From the sequence record SRR31156797_7258: a stretch of 45,929 bases of DNA; one strand, 5' to 3'. Each line of letters starts with the position of its first letter. Within the stretch, counting starts at the first letter, position 1. This document shows, piece by piece, positions 8,353 to 17,306 of the stretch. Below the pieces are notes generated by a model, which was not told where the DNA came from, ran no database searches, and saw nothing but the letters and a program-made list of their open reading frames with translations. The position numbers were made by a program, and so were the translations under genes.

Positions 8353-9420
8353 ATGAAAAGCAGAACTACAAGATCAATCTTCCGGTCTCTACTTGCAGTA
8401 GCATTTTTTGTCATCCTGCTTTCCATAATCCGGTATGTGGAAAAGGATGCCGAAGGAAGCTCAATTAAAACCCTTTTCGATGCTTTTTGGTATTCCATCG
8501 TTACACTCACTACGGTTGGCTATGGCGATTCCTACCCTGTTACAACAACCGGAAAAATCATTAGCCTGGTACTGATCCTTTTCAGCCTGGGTGTTTTAAG
8601 TTATGTTATCGGACAAATCAGCAGCAAAATTCAGCAATATATGGAAAAGAAAAAACTTGGACAATTTGGTACCGACTTCACCAACCATGTGATCCTGGTT
8701 GGATGGAACGATTTCGGTAAACTCATCGCTGATGAAATCTTCAGAGCCGGACAGAAGCTTGCCATCATTACAGAAAATAAGAATGATGTTGATATCATCA
8801 AAGAACTTTACCAGGATAATGTATTCGTTTACTATGGTGAAATTACAAGTATGGAGGCTTTGGACAAATCAAATATCACGAGTTCAGTTTCACTTTTCAT
8901 CAACCTGTCCGACGACTCAAAAGCACTGGTTTATATGATCAACCTGCGTAAGCATTACAAGAATGTAAATGTTGTTTCATACCTGTCGAACACCGAACTA
9001 AAGGATACTTTTTATAGTGCCGGGGCAACTTATGTGATCCCTGAAAAGGACATCAGTTCGAAACTGATTGCCAGTTTTGTTTTTGAACCCGATGTTGCAA
9101 AATACACCGAAGACCTGCTAACTACTTCAGACAGCAGTGATGCCTGCGATATGTTTGAATTTAAAATGAAAGAAGGAAATCCATTCCTGGGTAAAAACTG
9201 CCTTGATGGATTTATCCAGCTCAAAAAACAAAACAATGCCATCCTGCTTGGCATCTCTAAAAAACAAAGCACAGGATACCAGCTTATTAAAAACCCCGGA
9301 GATCAGGATATAATCCAGGCAGGCGATTACCTCATTATTGTGGCTGACGGCAATACCAAAAAAGAGATCGAAAAGCTGTTTGGTATTAAAGAAGGTCGGA
9401 TGCTGCGGATTGAAAGTTAA
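8353..9420 (+). CDS. Potassium channel (two TM plus RCK/TrkA-N and TrkA-C domains)
   Basis: TTVGYGD selectivity filter, HVILVGWNDFG Rossmann-like RCK domain, C-terminal TrkA-C. Confidence 0.92.
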   Translation: MKSRTTRSIFRSLLAVAFFVILLSIIRYVEKDAEGSSIKTLFDAFWYSIVTLTTVGYGDSYPVTTTGKIISLVLILFSLGVLSYVIGQISSKIQQYMEKKKLGQFGTDFTNHVILVGWNDFGKLIADEIFRAGQKLAIITENKNDVDIIKELYQDNVFVYYGEITSMEALDKSNITSSVSLFINLSDDSKALVYMINLRKHYKNVNVVSYLSNTELKDTFYSAGATYVIPEKDISSKLIASFVFEPDVAKYTEDLLTTSDSSDACDMFEFKMKEGNPFLGKNCLDGFIQLKKQNNAILLGISKKQSTGYQLIKNPGDQDIIQAGDYLIIVADGNTKKEIEKLFGIKEGRMLRIES

Positions 9421-9482
9421 TCTATGGGTTGATCATCCTAAGATTAAGTTACCACCCTGTTGGTAAATTCTGTTTTTTTTCG

Positions 9483-9523
9483 TAATTTCGGTTTCTAAAT
9501 CAACCAATTAAAAAACAGGAGGT
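9483..9523 (+). promoter_or_regulatory. -7 box and strong Shine-Dalgarno of the GYD gene
   Basis: TAATTTCG (9483-9490) resembles TAnnTTTG; AGGAGGT (9517-9523) lies 4 nt before the ATG. Confidence 0.55.
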
Positions 9524-9527
9524 ACAT

Positions 9528-9824
9528 ATGCAGACTTACATGTTATTCACAAAATTATCAACCGACCTTTCATTTGAAATGAAAAACCGGGAACGTCAGG
9601 GGCGCAACTGGCTGGAACAGGTAAAACAAAAATGTCCGGAAGTAAAGTTTATCGCGCATTACGCCATCCTGGGCGAGTATGATTTTATTGATATTTATGA
9701 AGCACCAGATCCTGAAACTGCTGCTAAGGTGTCGATGATAAGTCAGGCCAACGGGGCTCTCCATGCCAAAAGTATGCTGGCCATACAATACAAACGGTTT
9801 CTTGAACTGACAGAAGAAATTTAA
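9528..9824 (+). CDS. GYD domain protein
   Basis: 98 aa; YAILGEYDFIDIYEAPD.ETAAKVS signature. Confidence 0.88.
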   Translation: MQTYMLFTKLSTDLSFEMKNRERQGRNWLEQVKQKCPEVKFIAHYAILGEYDFIDIYEAPDPETAAKVSMISQANGALHAKSMLAIQYKRFLELTEEI

Positions 9825-9842
9825 TGGATTGGCACTAAAATT

Positions 9843-9879
9843 AAAACACCTGGCAGCTTAGAAACTGCCGGGTGTTTTT
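9843..9879. terminator. Bidirectional intrinsic terminator between the GYD and FRG genes
   Basis: AAAACACCTGGCAG...CTGCCGGGTGTTTTT. Confidence 0.85.
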
Positions 9880-9969
9880 CACCCCACTCATTCCAACACC
9901 ACATTTCTTGATCACCCCGATTATCCAGCATTTCAACACTACATTTCCTGCAAAAACCTTAATCGATGC

Positions 9970-10764
9970 CTATTTCTTCTTTGGCGAATAGTGTCGTTTC
10001 AACCATTTCGAAAGTCCGTCGAATCCGGGGAACAAAACCCGTTCATTGATGTTTACCTGGTCAAGTTTATCCCTGATCTCCCATTTCAACTCAGCAGGAA
10101 TCCGAATTCTGAAATACAGCTCGGGTTTATTTTCCAACCATTTGTCAAGTAAGCTTCCTGCATGAGACATAAAAGTAAATATGGCAAACTGGTTAACAAT
10201 ACGGGTATCCAGTGAAGGCGATTCAAAAGCAACAGCAAATGCGGAATCCTCCTCCGATAGTTCGCTTAAATCGCTATAAACATTGTTCAGCATGCTGCTT
10301 GTAAAACTATTAGAACCTACGCTCCGGAGCTCACAACTCAACTTTTCAGGAAGGTAATCAATTAAAGATTCATACCTGAGTGCCCAAATTATGCCATCCC
10401 TGTCAAATTTCTCAAGTTCCGAAGTAACGAAATGAAGTGCAACGTAGGGCGAGTACGTCCAGTCTAAAAGCCTCGTGGGCAGACCATGGTGCTGTGCAAG
10501 TGCAAGCCAGTCCCATTCAGTATTATTGATCACATCAGGTTGATGGGAATATTTCTTAAAATTCCTCAGCAAGTGAAATTCCAGCATTTGATAATCACCT
10601 CCCAATCTGATTAATGAAGTTTCGAGCGGATAATCAAAATTTGAAAGTCCCCGGTAAATATACGGCGACCTTATCCTGTCGATTTTTGCACTATAAGCAT
10701 CGTGAAATAAAATTTCCTGGAGTTGTGTCCAACTTCCGGGATCAAGATCTTTGCATTTTTTCAT
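9970..10764 (-). CDS. FRG domain protein
   Basis: YRG, AQHHGLPTRLLDWT.SP.VALHF, RIVNQ and LFPGFDG motifs; -7 box TATTTTTG at 10780-10787. Confidence 0.9.
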   Translation of the reverse strand: MKKCKDLDPGSWTQLQEILFHDAYSAKIDRIRSPYIYRGLSNFDYPLETSLIRLGGDYQMLEFHLLRNFKKYSHQPDVINNTEWDWLALAQHHGLPTRLLDWTYSPYVALHFVTSELEKFDRDGIIWALRYESLIDYLPEKLSCELRSVGSNSFTSSMLNNVYSDLSELSEEDSAFAVAFESPSLDTRIVNQFAIFTFMSHAGSLLDKWLENKPELYFRIRIPAELKWEIRDKLDQVNINERVLFPGFDGLSKWLKRHYSPKKK

Positions 10765-10991
10765 GTTGACCGTTTATTGCAAAAATATCTAATTTTAAAT
10801 AAAATTTAACATAGTGTGTAAGTATTTTTTACAGTCAAACAAACATTTAATACACATTACAAACAGACCGATCCCTTTTAGACAAAAGAAGTTAAAAAAA
10901 TAAAACACTTATTTAAAGCAGTTTATAACACTGAAAAATCTTTTTTAAAAAAATTTCCTATAATTTGTTTTTTTCCATCAGAACAAAATTT

Positions 10992-10999
10992 TACATTTG
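10992..10999 (+). promoter_or_regulatory. Bacteroidota -7 promoter box of ompA
   Basis: TACATTTG matches TAnnTTTG, about 75 bp before the ATG at 11076. Confidence 0.55.
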
Positions 11000-11075
11000 A
11001 TGTTAGATTCGTGATTATTATCAGTATTTTTATGTGTTATTAAACAGTAATTATTCATATCAAAAAGCTAAACGT

Positions 11076-12437
11076 ATGAGAAAATATCTATTCATTTTTG
11101 CACTGCTAATTGCCTTTGGCCTTGAATCGAAGGCGCAGAGTACCGATTACCCCTGGTTATTTGGGGTGAGTACTAACTATGTAGATTTTAATGTGGTCCC
11201 AAGGGAATTGAGCCAACAATTTTCTAATGCCGACTGGATGGGCGAACACAGACCTGATATGTTCCGAATTGGGAGGTACATAAATCCTTCATTCAACGCA
11301 TCAGCTCTGCTTGCAGTAACCAAGCTGGATCCTGACAAAATGAATATGATACCCCTCGAAAAGACCATCAATTCAGATAAGTTCGTAAAATACGGTGTTC
11401 AACTGGAATATAAGCTGGCCAATGGTTATATTCTGCCGGACGGATGCCGCATTGATCCCTACTTATTTTTAGGCATGAACGGTAGTCAAATTGATGAAGT
11501 AACCTATCTGTCGAGCTCGATGGGTGTTGGTTTAAGCATTTGGCCTTTTGATCAGTTTGGTGTTAATTTCCAGGGATCATACGATTATAACTGGGATTTT
11601 GATGATTATATGCATTATTCCGTTGGCCTGGTTGTTCGATTTGGGAAATTTAAGGACACTGATGGTGACGGCATAGCTGACAAGAAAGATATGTGCCCGG
11701 ATGTGCCTGGTCTTGAAGAATTTGAAGGTTGCCCGGATACAGATAAAGATGGCATTCAGGATTCAGAAGATGCATGTCCAAACGAGCCGGGTATAGTAGA
11801 ATTCAATGGATGTCCGGATACCGATTCGGATGGCATACCCGATAAAGACGATGAATGCCCGAATGAAGCCGGAAGTAAAGAAAACAATGGTTGTCCTGAT
11901 GGCGACGGTGATGGTGTAATCGATAAAAACGACAAGTGCCCGGAAGTTGCCGGTGAAGTACGTTATGAGGGCTGTCCCGATTCAGATGGTGACGGTATTC
12001 CTGACAACCTGGACGAATGCCCGTTAGAAGTTGGCCCGGCTGACAATAACGGATGCCCCATCCCAGAACCTGAAATTACGGCAATCGTAGTTGAAACCAT
12101 CGATTTCAACGCACAGGAAATTGATTTCGCCCTCAATAGTGCCACACTAACATCTACCTCACATGATAAGCTTGACAAGATTGCTGAGATTATGGCTGAA
12201 TTCCCGGATGAAGAATTTACCATCTACGGGTATACTGATATTACCGGCCCGGATGATTTTAATCTTGAGTTATCAAAAAACAGAGCTCAGGCTGTTAAAG
12301 ATTACCTGGTTGCGAAAGGTATTGATGCTGACAGACTGGATGCTGGTGGATTTGGAGAGGCCAATCCGATTGCACCAAATGATACTCCTGAAGGACGTGC
12401 CCAGAACAGAAGAGTAGAAATTAAACTGGTAGAATAA
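11076..12437 (+). CDS. OmpA family protein with five thrombospondin type-3 (Ca-binding) repeats
   Basis: Signal peptide MRKYLFIF...AQ (start moved from 11034), N-terminal barrel, five D.D.DG..D..D.CP repeats, OmpA C-domain (NLELS..RA.AV; NRRVEI). Confidence 0.93.
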   Translation: MRKYLFIFALLIAFGLESKAQSTDYPWLFGVSTNYVDFNVVPRELSQQFSNADWMGEHRPDMFRIGRYINPSFNASALLAVTKLDPDKMNMIPLEKTINSDKFVKYGVQLEYKLANGYILPDGCRIDPYLFLGMNGSQIDEVTYLSSSMGVGLSIWPFDQFGVNFQGSYDYNWDFDDYMHYSVGLVVRFGKFKDTDGDGIADKKDMCPDVPGLEEFEGCPDTDKDGIQDSEDACPNEPGIVEFNGCPDTDSDGIPDKDDECPNEAGSKENNGCPDGDGDGVIDKNDKCPEVAGEVRYEGCPDSDGDGIPDNLDECPLEVGPADNNGCPIPEPEITAIVVETIDFNAQEIDFALNSATLTSTSHDKLDKIAEIMAEFPDEEFTIYGYTDITGPDDFNLELSKNRAQAVKDYLVAKGIDADRLDAGGFGEANPIAPNDTPEGRAQNRRVEIKLVE

Positions 12438-12461
12438 AATAAATACCTAAAGGAATTTCAT

Positions 12462-12495
12462 ATAAAAGAGCAACTCATGCGGGTTGCTCTTTTAT
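12462..12495. terminator. Bidirectional terminator between ompA and the flippase
   Basis: ATAAAAGAGCAACTC-atgc-GGGTTGCTCTTTTAT. Confidence 0.85.
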
Positions 12496-13772
12496 TTTTT
12501 AGGTCGAATATATCCGCCAACTGAAGAAAATATTTCTTTTATTTCATTTTTCTTAGGAATGAAATCTAAAAATCTGAGTCTGGCCTCATGCTGGAAATAA
12601 ACAAACACAATAACTGATGTAACACAGTAAGAAATGCTAGTTGCCCAGCCCGCCCCGACAATTCCATATGCAGGTATCATGGTGCTGAACAGGATTACCG
12701 AAATAACCAACCCCGCAAAAGAAGCTATCGTGTTTACGTGATATTTGCCGGTTCCGGAGAAATAGTGCCCCATGATCAATGCGATATTAAAAAAAAGTAC
12801 GCCAGGAGCAAGGGTTTTGATCACCAGGCCAACATCACCAAACCCAGGCCCATAAATCCAGATAAAAAGATCGGCCGGTAAAAACACAAGTAAAACCAAC
12901 AAAACCAAACTTGCAGCCAATCCGGCAAAGGTGAGGTTCACGGTCAGTTTTTGGGAATAGTTTTTATCTTCTGTATTTGCAATCCTTGCATATTGTACCA
13001 TACTAATACTTCGGCTGATCAGCCAGATCGATTCCACAAGAGAGGTTCCGTTTGAATAAATCCCAACCTCTCTTTCTGAAAATAGCTGTTCCAGCCAGTA
13101 GTAACTCATCCTGAAACTTAACAGTTGAAATACATGAGCCAGCTGATTCAGCAGACCATATTGGATCATTTTTACAATTGCCAGCCTGTATTCAGCAAAT
13201 CCGGTGAATTTAAAACCATCACCAAATTTATTGAGGTAAAAAAGACTCACTACAAATGCCAGAAAAAACCCAACATAAAGTGAAGTTACATAGGACCAAA
13301 TAGTCAACTTATTTAAAACAAAGAAAAATACGATCAGTCCGGCTGAAACTACCAAAGGTTGGACCAGAGCAATCAGGTTTGAAGATGCAATTTTTTCTTT
13401 ACCAATCAGTATGGAAGAATTTATAGCTGTAAATGCACTGATAACAGCCAATACACATATGTGATAAACCATATCAGGATCCACAAGATTAAAAGCCTGA
13501 AGTACTAAGGAAAACAAAAATCCTGAAATTACAGACCAGATGGAGGCAGGTAAAAGAATGGTTGCTGTGTGGAATTTTGGGGTTAAAAATACAATGGCAC
13601 CACCTCCCATCAAATTGGCAAAAACAAGAATATAGGCAATGGTAGCTATGATCAATCCCTGCTCACCCTTTCCATCAGGGCCCAATACGCGCGATATGAT
13701 AATAGCAATCAGCAGATTGAGGACTGCCGAAACGAGCCTGGTACCAAATGTGTTTAAGATTTTACCCAGCAT
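12492..13772 (-). CDS. Wzx-like polysaccharide flippase (MOP superfamily)
   Basis: About 12 TM helices; SRVLGP.GKG, VGIYS and IPAYGIVGAGWATSISY motifs. Confidence 0.88.
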   Translation of the reverse strand: MLGKILNTFGTRLVSAVLNLLIAIIISRVLGPDGKGEQGLIIATIAYILVFANLMGGGAIVFLTPKFHTATILLPASIWSVISGFLFSLVLQAFNLVDPDMVYHICVLAVISAFTAINSSILIGKEKIASSNLIALVQPLVVSAGLIVFFFVLNKLTIWSYVTSLYVGFFLAFVVSLFYLNKFGDGFKFTGFAEYRLAIVKMIQYGLLNQLAHVFQLLSFRMSYYWLEQLFSEREVGIYSNGTSLVESIWLISRSISMVQYARIANTEDKNYSQKLTVNLTFAGLAASLVLLVLLVFLPADLFIWIYGPGFGDVGLVIKTLAPGVLFFNIALIMGHYFSGTGKYHVNTIASFAGLVISVILFSTMIPAYGIVGAGWATSISYCVTSVIVFVYFQHEARLRFLDFIPKKNEIKEIFSSVGGYIRPKK

Positions 13773-13802
13773 TGTGTGGGGAAATAGGTGAATTTTTGGA
13801 AA

Positions 13803-14993
13803 TTATTTGTTGGCTGCTTTTTGATAAACCTCAAAAAGCGAGCTGCCAATCACATCATTACTAAAATGGTTTTCAGCGTACTGCCTGATCTTCTGACTTT
13901 TATAGTGATCCAGATTATCAAGTGTTTTGTTAAGCACTGTAAAAAATTCTGCTTCATCCCCTGGTTTGGTAAGTTTTCCCAGATCATCATTCAAGTGTTC
14001 ATGGATGCCCCCTACCCTTGTTGAAACCACCGGCACTCCACTGGCATAGCTTTCCAGGATCACAACAGGCAGATTCTCAAAATTGCTGAACATGATCATC
14101 AGGTCAGACTTCCTGAGGAGTTCAGCCAGTTCGTCGTTCTCTTTAAGGCCAGCAAATTCAACGGCTTTATCAGTTAAATCCAGATCATCCGCCATGGCTT
14201 TTAATTCCTTAAAATCTTCACCATCACCAATAAAGGTGAGTATAAAGTCATTGCGCTTCTCACTGAGCTTTTTCATCACCCGTAAAATCCCTGAGATGTT
14301 TTTCTGCTTATCCGTAAAACAGGACAAATGCACTAATTTTTTCTTTTGAACATCCTCTTTTTTCTCTTCCGGATGGAACATTTTGATGTTTACAACATTT
14401 GGAATGACCACATAATTATCATTAGTGAGTTTATTATCGATCATGGCATCACGGAGGTTCGCTGTTACCGGCATCACAGCAGCAGCATTTCTAACAACCA
14501 GTTGGGTAAACCATTTTCGCAATCCGCCATGGTAAGTATCTGTTGTCGGAAGATAGCGCGTCCAATGCTCTGTAATTACAAACGGAATTCCGTTCAGAAT
14601 TTTATTAATCATGGCTATTACTCCCAAACGGGTAAGCACATGCACATGAATTAAATCTGCTTTTCGCCTGCGCTTTTTTATCAGCCGGATACCCATCAGG
14701 TGGCTGTAGAGAAACCGGAACAAGTTGATCAAATTGGCCAAAAATGCGGGTTTCAGTTTGGACTTGGCAAAGTATATCCGAATGGTGTATAAACGCTCAT
14801 CGTCAAAAACCACATCATAAGTTTTTCCACTCAATTCCTCATCAGCATGTACATACAACACCGAAACATCAACCTGCCTACTCACCGAAATTCCATGCCT
14901 TTCGATAAATAGCCCCATCATGGGATCGTACCTGTGCGGGTACCAGCGCGGAAGGTAAAGCACATGAAGCTTTTGGTCTATTTCTGATTTCAT
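13803..14993 (-). CDS. Glycosyltransferase family 4 (GT-B)
   Basis: WYP, TEHW, VIPN and ENLPVVILES.ASG.PVV.T.VGGI (EX7E); likely start MKSEIDQ at 14993. Confidence 0.92.
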   Translation of the reverse strand: MKSEIDQKLHVLYLPRWYPHRYDPMMGLFIERHGISVSRQVDVSVLYVHADEELSGKTYDVVFDDERLYTIRIYFAKSKLKPAFLANLINLFRFLYSHLMGIRLIKKRRRKADLIHVHVLTRLGVIAMINKILNGIPFVITEHWTRYLPTTDTYHGGLRKWFTQLVVRNAAAVMPVTANLRDAMIDNKLTNDNYVVIPNVVNIKMFHPEEKKEDVQKKKLVHLSCFTDKQKNISGILRVMKKLSEKRNDFILTFIGDGEDFKELKAMADDLDLTDKAVEFAGLKENDELAELLRKSDLMIMFSNFENLPVVILESYASGVPVVSTRVGGIHEHLNDDLGKLTKPGDEAEFFTVLNKTLDNLDHYKSQKIRQYAENHFSNDVIGSSLFEVYQKAANK

Positions 14994-15030
14994 TTCGCTT
15001 AAACGGATTATTGGTACAAATATTTGAAAA

Positions 15031-15579
15031 TTAGACAAGATGGCTTTCACCGACTTTTTTATCGATCAATTCTTCAACATAACGTAGCGCATGCTTAAAC
15101 CTGTTATCCCCAGTTCCACTAACCAGCCTGTAGTTACAGCCATGCATATCAAGTTCATTCTTATAAAGGTCCAATAGAAAATTTCGTTTGTCCGGATGCT
15201 CCCTTAGCGGGTCACATTCCCAGGGCAAATCCACGTCCATTAACAAAAACAGGTCGTAATGCTGTTTTTTCAGTTCATCTGTAATCCATGGATGGCATTT
15301 CTTATATTTTACATCGCACCAGATTTTTGTAACAATGAGTTCGGTGTCGGCAAAGAGTAATTTATTTGCCAGCGATTCAAAAACCTGTTCTGAAGCTTTT
15401 TGTTTTTGTGCGATTTCCAGAATGTCATCATAGTTGTAAGGACGGCTGATATTTAATAGATGAACGCGTGCAAATTCAGGTACCCAAACTGTCATAAAAC
15501 GATCGGCAAGCTGTTGAGCCAATAATGATTTTCCAGTGGATTCAGGACCGGTAATGGCAACTTTAAGCAACTTACCCAT
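15031..15579 (-). CDS. NadR-like AAA_28 kinase (nicotinamide riboside kinase-like)
   Basis: GPESTGKS P-loop, VPEFAR, DTE and W..DPLRE. Confidence 0.88.
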   Translation of the reverse strand: MGKLLKVAITGPESTGKSLLAQQLADRFMTVWVPEFARVHLLNISRPYNYDDILEIAQKQKASEQVFESLANKLLFADTELIVTKIWCDVKYKKCHPWITDELKKQHYDLFLLMDVDLPWECDPLREHPDKRNFLLDLYKNELDMHGCNYRLVSGTGDNRFKHALRYVEELIDKKVGESHLV

Positions 15580-16186
15580 TGTTTTGATTTAATGTTTTGC
15601 GCCACTCCAGGTATCCTGAAATAGCGATGACCAGGAAAGCCGTAAATTGAAAGCTGGTCAACAACAGACCTTTATGAAAATACAGCGGAATGGATATCAG
15701 ATCACCGATGATCCAGAAAATCCAGTTTTCGATTTTCTTAAGTGCCATGAGCCACATGCCAACAATGAAAATTGCCGTAGTAGCCGAATCCCAGTTGGGA
15801 ACCGTGCTGTCCGTGAAATTGGTGAGCACATAACGCAGGATAAAAAAGAAAGCTACTGTGCCGGCAATGCTTAAAATATGTTGAAAAGTGTTGTTTCTGG
15901 TGATGGGAATTACCTTGTCGCGGTTGTCCTTACGCGTCCATTTGTACCAGCCATAAACGCTCATGATAAAATAAAATCCGTTGATACCCATATCGGCGTA
16001 AAGCCCGGCAAACAGGCAGATATAGACATAAATCAGTACGGATATAATCCCGGTAGGATAAACCAGAATATTGGCCTTTTTGGCATACCACACGCTCAAA
16101 AGTCCAAAGAAAACAGCGATGGTCTCCAACCAGGTTGTATTCAGGACATTCTGATAAAAAACTTCAAAAAACTCATTGAACTGCAT
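15572..16186 (-). CDS. pnuC: PnuC-family vitamin transporter
   Basis: 7-8 TM helices; YGWYKW, DS..T and KKIENWIFWIIGD motifs. Confidence 0.92.
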   Translation of the reverse strand: MQFNEFFEVFYQNVLNTTWLETIAVFFGLLSVWYAKKANILVYPTGIISVLIYVYICLFAGLYADMGINGFYFIMSVYGWYKWTRKDNRDKVIPITRNNTFQHILSIAGTVAFFFILRYVLTNFTDSTVPNWDSATTAIFIVGMWLMALKKIENWIFWIIGDLISIPLYFHKGLLLTSFQFTAFLVIAISGYLEWRKTLNQNNG

Positions 16187-16191
16187 GTGAA

Positions 16192-16434
16192 CTATCTCAG
16201 GTCAGCGTTGATAATTTTCATCACAAAAATGGAATGCGGAAGGTCGAATGATTTGTGAATTTCTTTTGTGAGGGCCTCCATCACTTCAAAATATTCACCA
16301 AAAACCTGTGTACTCATGTTGTTGGTTTCAACTTTCAGGTCTTCGTATTCATTCATCCTTGTAATAAAATCCTTTATGGGTGGAATGTATTCAACCTTTA
16401 GCGGGTAGTAGCTTACTTCAACTGATATCTTCAT
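16192..16434 (-). CDS. Thiamine-binding protein (YkoF/MTH1187-like)
   Basis: ISVEVSYYPL...ETNNMSTQVFGEY.EVM signature; start set at MKISVE because a -7 box TACATTTG lies at 16470-16477. Confidence 0.78.
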   Translation of the reverse strand: MKISVEVSYYPLKVEYIPPIKDFITRMNEYEDLKVETNNMSTQVFGEYFEVMEALTKEIHKSFDLPHSIFVMKIINADLR

Positions 16435-16541
16435 GATGTACTTAATTAAAGCTTCAATTATTAACACTGCAAATGTATGAAAATAGCTGCCACAGCCCGA
16501 AAAGATTTATGTTGAGAATTTAAAAACTAAAAAATAATACG

Positions 16542-16549
16542 TACTTTTG
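16542..16549 (+). promoter_or_regulatory. -7 promoter box of tRNA-Arg
   Basis: TACTTTTG, 16 bp upstream of the tRNA. Confidence 0.75.
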
Positions 16550-16565
16550 CGCCCGCAAATTTATT

Positions 16566-16639
16566 GGTCCAGTAGCTCAGTTGGATAGAGCAGCAGCCTT
16601 CTAAGCTGCGGGTCGTGGGTTCGAATCCCGCCTGGATCA
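16566..16639 (+). tRNA. tRNA-Arg(TCT)
   Basis: Cloverleaf: GGTCCAG/CTGGATC acceptor stem, GCTC/GAGC D-stem, GCAGC-CTTCTAA-GCTGC anticodon arm, GTGGG-TTCGAAT-CCCGC T arm; CCA not encoded. Confidence 0.97.
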
Positions 16640-16649
16640 CTATTAGAAT

Positions 16650-16692
16650 TACAAAACCTTGAAAATTTGTTTTTTCAAGGTTTTGTATTTTT
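16650..16692. terminator. Terminator hairpin after tRNA-Arg
   Basis: TACAAAACCTTGAAAA...TTTTCAAGGTTTTGTA perfect 16-bp stem plus T run. Confidence 0.85.
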
Positions 16693-16888
16693 AAAGCGAA
16701 AGAATGAGGGGTAGAATTTTATCTACAAAGGTCAGCGCAAACCATGGATTGCCTCTTTTAGTCTAAAATTTTGAATTTCTCTAAATCCTGCAGCTACTTC
16801 ACTAAGCGCCATACTGACGCATTACGTAGAATATTTTTAGCAGGAATAAAGAAGTAATTACCGGTTCCAATTTCTTGAAATTACGTTT

Positions 16889-17233
16889 TTAGTCCCCCTG
16901 CTGTTTTGAATATGAGAGACCAGGTTCCCAATTCTTCACCACTTCATAAAAACTCACACTCAGGCTTCCGGGGACAATAAGCGGTGTGATCTCATCGAAC
17001 ATTTTTTTACTGCGTAATTTTTCACCCATGGCTTTTAGCTTTTTGAAATTTTCAACGTGGTAGATAAAATACCAGATGTTGCCTTCCATAGCCTTGATAA
17101 GTTCTGCATCAATAAAGCCATCCTGTTTTTGCAAAAAAGCGTTTATCACTTTTGCTTTAGCCATTAATTGTTCTCTGCTTGTTGTTTGTAAGGCTTCGAT
17201 TTTTACAAACTCTGTAATAATTGTTGTTTCCAT
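16889..17233 (-). CDS. Small ABM/dimeric alpha-beta barrel-like protein
   Basis: FLQKQDGFIDAELIK motif; start METTII chosen because a -7 box TAATTTTG lies at 17261-17268. Confidence 0.6.
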   Translation of the reverse strand: METTIITEFVKIEALQTTSREQLMAKAKVINAFLQKQDGFIDAELIKAMEGNIWYFIYHVENFKKLKAMGEKLRSKKMFDEITPLIVPGSLSVSFYEVVKNWEPGLSYSKQQGD

Positions 17234-17260
17234 AACTAATTTGTTTTTAAGATTATAGGG

Positions 17261-17306
17261 CAAAATTAGGGGGTGTGCTTCATATAATATAGTATGAAAA
17301 CGACAT
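17261..17306 (-). promoter_or_regulatory. Promoter with putative AraC operator directly after the AraC stop codon
   Basis: Minus strand reads ATGTCGTTTTCATACT (17306-17291), then 22 nt, then TAATTTTG. Confidence 0.5.

Noticed and set aside
11655-12060. Periodic repeats that might suggest a CRISPR array or tandem repeat
   Set aside because: They are the coding TSP3 repeats of OmpA, degenerate at synonymous positions.
16435-16560. TPP riboswitch upstream of the thiamine-binding/pnuC genes
   Set aside because: There is no CTGAGA or other TPP core motif, and the space is taken by two divergent -7 promoters.
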